Assembly: GCA_951406725.2 (NCBI GenBank)
Contig: OX597833.1
Coordinates: 71,920,001 to 71,984,000, forward strand
DNA length: 64,000 bases
Reading direction: 5' to 3'
Source: Octopus vulgaris
Lineage: Eukaryota
Position 1 is the first letter of the stretch. Every line of letters begins with the position of its first letter. The position numbers and the translations under genes are program-made. This document shows positions 11,218-23,500 of this stretch, piece after piece. The notes under the pieces were generated by a model. It did not search any database. It was not told where the DNA came from and saw only the letters and a program-made list of their open reading frames with translations.

Positions 11218-14200
11218 CGGGTTTGAGTCTGCAGCGACGAGAGACCGGAGAGGCGAGAAACAGCAGCCCGAGTGGGTGGAGGCGGCCGTCGACGGATGGC
11301 AGTTTAAATGCGAACAGTTGGACCAAGAACGACATCGTCTGGAAAAGTGAAGGTGAACGACTTGTTTCTCTTTATCCACAAATTTACAAAAAAGAGGGTG
11401 AAACGACAACAGCAAAAAGAAACCCGTTTTTGGTTTTGGTTTCGGGGTCGACCGTTTTTTCTGGTCGTCCGTGAATTTTGGGGATAATAATAATAATCTG
11501 TTGGCAAAGAGACAACCGTCGTTGCTACTGAGCAATGGTTGTACGGTGAATAGAAAGGCTGGCATGTCGAGACCTGTTAACGTTTATAATGTTTCAAGAT
11601 AAACACAAGCCGAAGTGGAGGCCCCTACGTGGAAGCCCCTACGTGGGCCTGTTAGAAACAGCAGCCAAAGCGACCCATAGGTTAATGTGCTCGAAGGTAC
11701 GCAGTTATTTATAGAAAGACGAGGTGGTCATGGTCGGAATACATTTAATACTTGGTTAGCTTGGTCGAGGCTGACCTGGGGCTAAATATCAACAGGCTAA
11801 ACACTAACCTATGAAGGAACTTGTATGTGGTCCTTCGACCTGCTAAAGATAGCAGCGTGATGTCTCAAATTACTCCACAGTTTCACGTAGGAAGTTTATA
11901 CGGCAGTGGAGCCGCTCGGGGCAACCCATGAATTTGTAACCCCCACCTCACAGCGGACCCTTAAGTGTCGTCCCCGAAAAGCGTCGCTCGGGGCCCTTCG
12001 CCCTCTCCAGCTACGTTACTGTTATAGGCCAGGGCTGTCCTGGGACCCTACAACAAAACGCTTAAAAGGAACATAAACAAACCGTCTACAAACTAATGAT
12101 TGTCAGCAAACCAGCAACTTGCTGCTTTATTTTGTATTTTTATCGACATGTTGTAAACAGCGTCGTTGGTTACAGGTTTCTAAGGGGCCATTCCTGGTCC
12201 CCTGCATTTATGGAAGACATCAGTGACTAGGGAGTGTCTGTGTCTCTCGGACAAAATAAACAAGTTTTTTTCTTCTTTTATTGAAACTGCCTGTTTATTG
12301 AATTTCTCGCCAATTTGTACATTTTGTGACGAATGATGGCGTGCGCGCACTCACGGTAAAGATGTCGAATATGTACGTACCCAATGACCTCCGGTATAAA
12401 ATGGAAAGGGATCACAGAGACGATATGTTGGACTCCCAAGATTCTCTGTATAAATTCTAAGGTTATGTCATTTTATGTCCATAAAATTCATCATAGAATG
12501 GTTAACTCAGTTTAATTAATCTTAGTTGTCACTTGTTTAAAATGGCAATTTGGTAAATTTGGGGAATGTAGCATGTTTCTTTCTGTATGGTCCCTTCAGG
12601 TGTAAACACACACACACACTTACATATAGACATAGAATGGATTTATTTTTATGATGTATATTTTCCCCTTAAATGTGGCTAACCCTTAAGGGTGGATGCT
12701 ACTGTAGCTTGTAGCCCCAGGTAGACATCTCCTCCAGCTGGCTGTTGGCACGCTTTCAGAAAGTGTGTCAATAGCCAGCTAGAAGAGATGTCTTCCTGGG
12801 GCTACAAGCTACAGTAGCATCCACCCTTAAGGGTTAGCCACATTTAGGGGGAAAATATACATCACGCTGTCATGCATCAGAGATTTCTTATTGGATTTAT
12901 TTTTAGTTTCTGTTAAATTCACTCAAGGCTTTGGTTGTTTGGTTGACCCAGAGCAATACTAGAAGGTTCTTGGCCAAGGTGCCATGCATTGGGACCGGAT
13001 TCCAGAAACACAACTATGAAATAGTTATATAACTGGGCAAGGCAGGTGGGTGGTTGATGGTAAATATAAGTCAGGGGTGTGAGTTCTAAGAATGGGAGAG
13101 GAATGTCAATAATAAGTGGCTCAGGGGAGAGGGAGTGATGACTGGCGATGCAGGAAGAGGGATGATATGTTATAACGGGTGCTACTTTTGTAAATTACAG
13201 CAGCAGAATAATAGAGTAGATAGAAGAGTGACAGATGGACGGGTGATAGAGAGATGGAGTGGAAACAGCAGGTATAGACATGACAGAAATATTTGGGGCA
13301 GGGCATCTGTTGGTATTTATTGGTTCCAGTGACAAGAACTGAAGGATCACTGCTACTATTTTGGCTGCAAGTGTCAGAGGATCTTCCTCTTAGAAGAGCT
13401 GCCTTTCCCATGGCTTTTCAAAAGTAAGGGGAGGGGGCATCCTCTACTCCTGGGAAATCTATTTAACCCTTAGATGGAACTCCTATAGATACTGCTGTTC
13501 CAGGTCAGAATAAACCTGAGGGTTATGGTAATGAAGGGGCGACTCCACCGTCCCCACAACTCCTGAATTCCTGAACTGGACCTTTGTTCCTAGATGCAGT
13601 TTAATGTCATATCCCCTTACACACACGCACAATGGACTTCCTCACAGTTTCTGTCTACCAAATTCAAGGCACTGGTCAGCCTGGCACTGTAGTAGAAGAG
13701 GTTTACCCCAGGTGCCATGCAGTAGGATTGATCTTGAAGTCACATGGTTGTGAACTTGTTAACCTCACAGCCATTCCTGTCATATTTTTATTGACTTTTC
13801 TTCCAATCCTGTTTCTATTTTCAAACATTTTACAGCATAAACTGCATACATTTTATCACACCACCATCGGCCCTGGCCAAAACCTCCCCATTGTCCAGTA
13901 TCATTATTTCTTCTAACCTTTCGGCTGCTTTTGATCCATCCTGTGTCATGTCTCCATCTCCTCCGTGTAAAACCCATCAATAAATGTTACAAACAAGATC
14001 AGCAGATATTACAAATGCTTTCTAAAAGAACATTCACTAGTTTCTGTGTTCCTCTTCTCTTTCAGATTCCTGTGCTACTCGCGTGTACATACCTGGTAAG
14101 ATCGTCTTTGAGAATTCTTTCTGTTAACTATTTATCATGTGTTAAAACTGTTGGCATTGAACCCATTGATTACTAATCTACAAGTCGCTGGTTCAAACCC

Positions 14201-17200
14201 TGCCACAACTGTCACACAGTCACATCATATTTTTTACTGTAGTTAAGAATGTGTTAAGCTTCATTTCATTATTTTGTTAAGGTTATTTCTACAACCCTAA
14301 CAAAATAATGTAAAGCACACAGTAGGACCTGGTGGTGTTGACTTTTATAAAATTTGTTTTATTGTTGCATAACAGAATACCACCACGTGCCTACAAGTCA
14401 TTAATCTTTATTCCATTGTCAGTGTTTTTCAATCTTGTGCATATATACATGTCAAGTGCAGAAGTCCCTTCAGTCCCTGACAAGGCCCTTCTGTAATGAG
14501 TGCCAGAGCAGAACACACTTCATCCTTGCTACATGGAAATATCCTGATTTTCAGAAACATGCCATGGTGTGTCTTATTTCTAAGATAGCTGACCCCTTTG
14601 GCCTTGCCCCTTATTGGCCTGTCATATAAGATTTTATCTTCCTCCTTCCGCAGTGACTAGCAGCATGGTTTTTGTAAAACTATATCAACATCCCTCACCA
14701 GTAAATCTCTCCAGACTTCAGTTGTCTGGAATCCCATCTCTGGACATGTATTTCAGCAGCTGCCTGAGAGGAATACTGACCCCATCAGTGTCGCTGAGCT
14801 CAGAATGTTTGCAAAAATCATGGATGTAGGATCCTTTCCTCCAGATAAATTCATTAAAAAAGAAGAAAATTATGGAGAATAAATTAGGATCTTGTTGCAC
14901 AAACAATCCCTGATGGTCAAACGTGTGTTAATACCATGTTGTGTATGTTGCACTCCCTAATTTTGTGTTAAACCTTGGTGCAAAACTTTTTCCATTCATA
15001 GCTTTGTGTTGAGTACGAGTGAGGTCCCAGATCAAGCAGAGTGACTCACACATGAGTTAATAGGGTAATTTTTTTTTGAAATTGTAGTTCTTGAGATACA
15101 TCACATCATCATCGTTTAACGTCTGTTTTCCATGCTGGCATGGGTTGGACGGTTCGACTGGGGTCTGGGAAGCCAGGAGGCTGCACCAGGTCCTAATCTG
15201 ATCTGGCAGTGTTTCTACAGCTGGATGCCCTTCCTAGCGTCAACCACTCTGAGAGTGTAGTGGGTGCTTTTTATGTGCCATTGGCACAGGGGCCAGAGGA
15301 GCTGGCATTGACCATGATTCGATGGTGCTTTTTATGTGCCACTGGCACGGAAGCCAGTGAAGGTGGCACTGGCATCGGTCACATTCGGATGGTCTTTTTA
15401 TGTGCCACTGGCATGGGGGTCACAACTACAGTTTCCAGTTGATTGTAATTTGATTTGATTTTGATGTTGATGTACTTGACTCAATAGGTCTCCTCAGGCA
15501 CGGCATGTCACCCTACAATCCAAGGTACTTTTGTTAAGTGGGCTGGTTATGCAACACTGGTGTAGGCTACAGCTGTGGACTCACTTTATTTGCCAGGTCT
15601 TCTCAGTCACAGCATATCTCCACAGGTCTTGGTCTTTTGTCATTGCCTCTGTGAGGCCCAACGTTTGAAGGTTAAGCTTCACCAACACATCCCATGTCTT
15701 CCTGGGTCTCCCTCTTCCCCGGATTCCTTCCACTGTTTGGAAGTGGCACTTCTTCACACAGCTCCCCTCACAAAAAGCTTTAAATAATGGAATGTAAATA
15801 CTGAGTTGAAATATCCTGTTGGATAGAAAAAATCAGAGGCTGTTCATATCTACAGGAAATGTAGGTTCAAATCCCATGAACAGCCCATAACTTTTTCTGT
15901 CTAAAGTGTTTTTCAACTTAATATTTACGTGTATTGTATATAGCATTATGTGCTTTCAGATCCCATGTTTCAAAACGATTATTTCACTTTCCTTTTCATT
16001 TTGTGTTAGGCGTAGACATGAATTGCAACAAAAGGGCAAGAAAAGTGAAGTGGCAGCCATGCAAAGAGGTTCATTTCAAATCTCCTCTTTTGACCAATTC
16101 TCGACACAATTTAATTTCCCCTCAAACAGACCCTGTAAGTAGAGTTTTCTTTTGCTCTTTGAAAGTTTTTGAATCCTTGAACATCTTTGATATAACAGTC
16201 AATGGCTTTGTTAGTTATATACTATTGTTTTAGGATGCCACCAACAACAGAATTGATATCCTAAAACCATGGTGCTTATGTAAAGAGAGATTGGTGCCAC
16301 GTGAAAAGCCCTCACTCTGTAAAGTGGTTGGCATTAGGAAGGGCATCCAGCTGTAGAAACCAGGCCAAAATCAAACTGTGGAACCTGGTACAGGCCCCTG
16401 TCAATCCTTCCAACCCGTGTCAGCATGGAAAGTGGACGTAGAATGATGATGATACAGATCCCAGTACTTATTTCATTGATCTCTATTTGACAAACCACTA
16501 AGTTATAAGGCATGCAACAACACAACATGAACAATGCTAGTTTTTTGAATAATGTAAGCACACACACACACACACACACACACGTATATACAAAATGAAC
16601 TTTTGCACGGTTTCCCTCCACTAAATCCCACTCACCTGGTATTGGTCAACCTAAGGCAGCAGATGCACTTCCTGTCCAATCCTCTCGACCATTTCCCTTA
16701 TATTTGTCTCCCTGTTATGTCCTGAAACTTTCTCTTTTCCAACTGGGGAGCCATGACAGTTAAATACCCTATTTTAACGGGTATAACCTAATTGTCAAAA
16801 ATTAGGTTAAAAAAATATGGGAGTTTCTTATACATGGATAGTATCATAATCCCTTACAAGACCTTTCTTCAAAATTTTAAGCCCCCAAAATTAGGGGATT
16901 CCACATACATGTTATAATACGGTATATCTTTACTTATTTACAAAGAAATCATCAATATTTTATTGAATATTTACCACTTTATCTTTTTTAATGGCACGTA
17001 AAAAGCACCATCCAATCGTGGCCATTGCCAGCCTCGCCTGGCCCCTGTGCCGGTGGCACATAAAAAACACCATCCATCCGTGGCCGTTTGCCAGCCCCGT
17101 CTGGCACCTGTGCGGGTGGCACGTAAAAAGCATCCACTGCACTCACAGAGTGGTTGGCGTTAGGAAGGGCATCCAGCCATAGAAACACTGCCAGATCAGA

Positions 17201-20200
17201 CTGGGCCTGGCGCAGCCTTCTGGCTTCCCAGACCCCATTTGAACCGTCCAACCCATGCTAGCATGGAAAGCGGATGCTAAATGATGATGATGATGATGTT
17301 TTAAGCATTTTCTCAGTTTTTATATTTTTTGACTTTCCATGAATTTCCTTTTTCTCAATATTATTTCCAAGATGTCATCTGATCCTAAGTCCAGCCGACT
17401 GTCTGGTAAACTATCAGCTTCCACTAAACTCTGCGATGATGCAAATTCAAAGGAAGACCATTCCAAAGTGCTGCTCAAAGATCTTTGCCACGAAGACAAA
17501 CTGCGTGTGGCCAATCTCATTTTGGAACTAGCTAAGTCAGTTTTTTTTTCTTGTTCATTCTTTTTTTTTTTCACTATAGCAACGCATTTCTTTATTTGTT
17601 GTCTTTATTCTTTGCTTTTTGTTTGTTAATGTAAGCTGAGACATTATTCTGGTCATGTGACACACCATTTCTAACCTTAACTGTGAGACTAGAAACTGGA
17701 TTTAATTGGGGTCTTAAATAGTTCGTTTTCAATCTTGTATCTCTTCACTCACTTTTCTTTAACCATGGGACCTAACTTTATTAGGAAGACTAGGCATATC
17801 TAGGCACACACAGATGCTGGCGCTGGTCAAGAACTGTACTTCTTAGTCATTTCAAAAGTCATTCTTTGTGAAGTTCAACAACTTAGGATGAACTTTCAAC
17901 ACTTCCACCCGTATCTTCTTTGCTCTTCCTCATCCACAACGTCAGTTCCCCTTACTCTTCTTTACCCATCTGTCAGCATCCATCTTTGTTACATGCCCAT
18001 ATCAGTGCAGTCATCTCTCTTACTGCATCTGACTTGCTGAAATACACTAACATTACCCATCCAGTGAAACAGGATCGCATCATGTTTCTCCAGCCTTTGC
18101 ACACCCTCTGCGGCCAATATTTCAACTGTGCTGCATTGCACTTTGTAAACAAGTGTGCACAATCCACTCTTTGCTCAAAGAGAGAATCCCTTGTTGTTAG
18201 CAGACGTGTGGCTCAACTGCTGAATTCAAGATGTTCAAACTTTGCTAAAAGCTATTTTTTCACAACCTTTCAATGATATTTTAGTCATTGATGCGAGGCT
18301 GTCAATCTTGTACTTTTATGGTAACGAGTCATGCCAATATAATAATAATATATTCCCTCTCTCTCTTTCGGAGAGGCACTGAGCAACTATACACACACAT
18401 ACACACGTGGCAGTAACTTCCGCCTACCGAATTCAATCACAAAGCTCTGGTCGGCTCAGGGCTATTGTGGAAGACAGCTACCCAAAGTGCCACGCAGTGG
18501 GACTGAACCCGAAACCATGTAGCTAGGAAGCAAGCTCCCTAACCACACAACCATATTTCTAATAAGTAGTTTTATGCAATTTGGAAAGCAGAGGTGAGTG
18601 TGGTTTAACCTTGAAACCTAATTTCACAACAATACTGTGTATTAATTAAACACGTGGATATCACTCCATAAACCTCTTTATTCCTCTTACAATAGTTTTT
18701 AGCAAGGTTTGAACCTGTGAACTTAAATTCACCTGTCCAGCTCTAGCTTTTTTTCATTTTTACCAGAAAATGTTGGAAACTCTGTGATTTTGAATACAAT
18801 TTTAATCTCTTTAACATCCTGAGAAATTTAGCTCCCATAAAATTGGGCTGTTTATTCCAAATAACCTCACTTGGTCAGGTTGACACACTCTTTGAGACGA
18901 ACTCTCTGTCTTAAAGTGATCTTAACTAAAAGCTTCTTCCATGAAAGTTTCATGTTAATTTATGTTCCAGAGACCTGTTTAATAATGACAAAATTATTTT
19001 TATAAATTCTTGATTTATTTTTAAAATTGACTGAAAGTTTTTGTGCTTCAATAGAAATATAATGAAAGGATTAACTCATTTTACCATTCTTCTGATGAAA
19101 ATTAAATGACCAAAAGGTATGCTTTGTATCTTATTTTGGTAGACTTGGTGATGAACGGGACAATGTCAAGGAACAATTAAACAAAGAACGTGGCAGTTTT
19201 GAAGTTCAAATCCAGCGTTTAACAGATCAACTGAAAACCCTCACCGATGACCACAAACGTAAATTCTTTATTGTTTTAGTCAAGTTTATTTTCACCTGAA
19301 GATGACTGCGAATAGCAATTGTTTCTCCCTCTCTCTCTCCTCACTGTCATTGCCTTTTCACTAAATCTCCATAGCTTAATAACAATTTTGCTCTGATTAT
19401 ATAAGATTGATCACCATCATTGAATTAACAGAGTAGGTTTTACAGCCACATCATCCAAACTGACCAGGTGAAACTGGGCTTAGCTGCTAGTATATATATT
19501 CAATTATGAACAAGCAGAACACATACACTATGTGTGGTCGATAATATATATAAATTATATATATGTATATAATTATTATCATTCTTTTAACATCATTTTC
19601 CCATGGTTGCATGGGTCATATAAAATTTGTTGAGACTCATTTTCGATGATGGGATGTTCTGCCTTTTATTAACCCTCGCCTGTTTTGAATTAAGGTAATA
19701 TAGATGTTTCCGATCAAGTTTGGATTCTTTGCAATCAAATTTGAATTTTTCAGTTGGTGCTCAAGCCTTGAAGAAAAAAAGAGTTAAACTACATCAGCCG
19801 TAATGGAATACATGTCTATCTTATCTAACTCGTCCAGTAGAGCCCACCAATCGATATCTGAAAAGTTCGATGAAATAACTCATGAACACTGCGATAGCTT
19901 CTACCAAAAGATGCTACGTTATGTGGACAGGTCTGAACAAGGGGAGATAATAAACGAATGATTCTTTTTCTATTATCTCCCCTTGTTCAGACCTGTCGAC
20001 GTAACGCAGCATCTTTTGGTAGAAGCTATCGCAGAGTTCATGAATTATTTCACTGAACTTTTCAGATATCAATTGGTGGGCTCTACTGGACGAGTTAGAT
20101 AAGATAGTCATGTATTCCCTTACAGCTGATGTAGTTTAACTCTTTTTTTTCTTCAAGGCTTGAGCACCAACTGAAAAATTCAAATTAGATCGAAAACATC

Positions 20201-20558
20201 TATATTTCTCGTTGTCTGTCAAACACTGAACAACTCAAGGGCCGGGTTGGGTTTCCTGGAAGATTGCAAATGAACGACCCTCCTTCTTTAACAATGCCAA
20301 GACAAGGTGACATAAGTAAGCACATGCACACACACATATCTGTATGGGTCTACGTAGGTATACAGTGGGATTCTTTCATTTTCCATTTCCCAAATCCACT
20401 CACAAGGCTTTGGTTGGTGCAGGGCCATAGTGGAAAATACTTGCCCAAGGTCCTGTATTGTGGGACTGAACCCACAACCACATGGTTGCAAAGTGAGCTT
20501 CTTAACTACCAGTCATCAGTCATGTTTGCTCTTCCCTACCTCCCTCTCTTTCTCTCTT

Positions 20559-20595
<37 letters not shown>

Positions 20596-23500
20596 ACATA
20601 TATATACACATATATATATCATCATCATCATCTGTTTTCCATGCTGGGATGGTTTGGACGGTTTGACTGAGGTCTGGAGAGCCAGTGGCTGCACCAGGCT
20701 CTAATCTGATCTGGCAATGTTTCTACTGCTGGATGCCCTTCCTAACGCCATATATATATATTTATAAAATGAAAATACAGATGGACACACTCACACACAT
20801 ACATAATTAATGCTTTGTCTATTTTGTCTATTTTGTGCAGAAATTCTGTGTAAAATGATGGACTGCCAACATCTGTTGAGTATTTACCAACACATTCTTA
20901 CTGAAATACAAGACCAAAAGAGGAACCCAAAATCTGACCAAAATCTCCAAGAAATAATCAACACCAAAGTATGTTTGGCAAATGTTTTAAATTTTGTTTA
21001 GCTCCTCCTCATTAATTCTGACCAATCAAACCTTCTTTCCAAAGGTCCTTCACCATTTTTTATGCTTTTAAAATGTGTTTTGTTGGAGATTGAGTTGCTA
21101 TTTCTTGCTAATTAAATAATCATAAACAGGCTGTCTCGTTAGCTTAAATTTTCTTTCTTTTGTCTCAGCCTCAAGTTGTTTGCATTAGTTTGACACAAAC
21201 CAGCAGTCTCCCAGATTTGTTGACTTTCCTGCAGACAACAGACCCCAGTCCCCCCCTCACAATGGAAAGCACACCCCACCCGCTTCAATGGGAGGAAGCC
21301 AACACTGACTTATATTTCATGCTCAGAGCAACATAAAGGAATGGAGCAAACACCAAACGACATTCTTATTTAGTATTCGCTTCAGTCTTTTATGTTGTTT
21401 TAAGTGGGGAAAATTGTCGACTTTGCTTTTCCATCCTTTGACGCATTCACTGTGGGGCCAAGGATTCACTTCACAACTGCATGATTCTGGGTTTCATCCT
21501 ACTCTACTCTACTTTGTGTGTGTGTTCAACTATAGCCTTGGAAGTGACTAATACCTTGTGGTTTTGAGTTTGATCCTACTACATGGCACCTTGGACAGGT
21601 GTTTCTACCATGAACTCAGATCAACCATAGACTTGTGAGTGGAGTTTGGTAGCTGAAAACTATGTAGAAGCCCAGTGGAGAAACTGTTTCTGGGTTTTGA
21701 TGCACCAAACAGAATCTATTCACAGTTTTACCTGGATATATCTTGGGTGACTAGCAATCTTCCCTCTGAAGCACTTAGACCAGCTCTCTTCCCCACCAGC
21801 TCCACTGGGCCTTAAAAGAGTCAAATGATGGCAGTCTACTGTTCCACTTCTCTACTAAGACATTAAAACAATAGAATTAATCAAACTGGAATTTTACAAG
21901 ATGTTATTTCTGCTGTTGTTGTTGTCGTACAACCTCAGGGCAGCCCCAGTTGAGCAGGTCTGTGTCACGTAAGATGGTTGACTGAATGAATTGGTGAAAT
22001 ATATTGAGTCTTGCCTCTGGTTGTACGATGCTCATGTGAGGTGAGGCCAGGCCATCCTTTACATCGGATGTGTGTTTTATGGAAAACCTTGCAATATTTG
22101 TTCTGATGTTTGGCAATGTGAGTTCAAATTCTGTCATGGCCAACTTTTCCTTCATTCTTTTGGGTTCAATAAAAAGGTACGAATTCAGGGCAATGGGTTG
22201 GAATTGTAAGAACATTGGACTGCATACCTTGTGGTATTCATTTTGGCCTGTTGCATTCTGACTTCAAATCTCACCATGGCCTATTCTGGTGGTAAATTCA
22301 TCCAACAACAGATTTAATTGCATTGCCTGTCAACTTGAGTGTTTTTAGTAGGGCCTGTTCCATTGCAAGCCACATGTGTGGTTTGACGATGCCTTCCTTC
22401 CTCCCTTTCACAAATCCTTTAGGCCCTGTGAAAGGTCTTGCTCACTGACCTCCTTCCCCCACTCCCTAAAAGATAACCGAAATGAAAAATGTGTTTCTGC
22501 CCAAGTCACATTTCTTTCCACAATGCTCTTCCAACAACCGAGCAGTGCATGAGAAGGGATTATGAAATGTGGTCCTGAAATGGCACATCCCAAGAACCAC
22601 TTCCATTGTTTGCCTTTAATCAACATCATCCACCATTTTGATAGAAAATATTTTAAAAATTGAAATCTTTGAATTTTTTTTTTCCCCCTAATAATTGAAT
22701 GGGAAGCTGGGGGCAGTGGCCCTGGCCTTTGGAAGGCTGTCCAAGATGAATCATAAAAATATAGCAAAGCAGGGACTTTGAGAAGATTGATGTTCTGGTA
22801 ACACAAGGAAAAATGGTTTGTGTGGGGGCCCTGGGTGTGTGTGAACAATATAGGGGTGATACAAGTATGTTAGTGGAATGGCACAAGACTTATCAGGTGT
22901 AACAGAGCAAAGGCCACTACAATAGTGGTAGAAAAGGTGTGAGGAGGTCTCACATTGTTGAGTCTGAGGTTGGAACATTTAAATGAGAATCCCTTCTTGT
23001 TGGTATTTTTCTTTCTTTCTTTTTTTTCTGCCTTTCCATTTGTTTAATTTATTTTCTCTTTCTTTATTATGTTTTCCTTTAAGGATAATTACTGGTATTG
23101 ATATTTTTTCATGCTTTTCTAACAGAAAAGAAAAACAACCTTGAACTGAATCAATGGACAAATTTTTAAAATATTTTTATGAAAATTCAATACTTAAGAA
23201 TTATGTTTTTTGTTTAACTTTTAAATTGAATCATTTTCTGATTTTCTAGGAAAATGTGCAACATCGCACCATTTCCCAAGAGTGTGCTTGTGAACATGTT
23301 GCTAAGCAACAGCCTGTCTTCAAGACTCATGAGTGTGTTTCTAATCAAGGCAATCATTGTAATTTACCTTCAGACAGTTGTGTTCCTCACTCAAAAACTG
23401 CAACGATGTCGCTTTCTCGTAATAATTCCAACATTTCAAATCCACAGAATTCAAACTCATTAAATATTCATTCGTCAAGAAGGCTGCCACATCATAAAAA

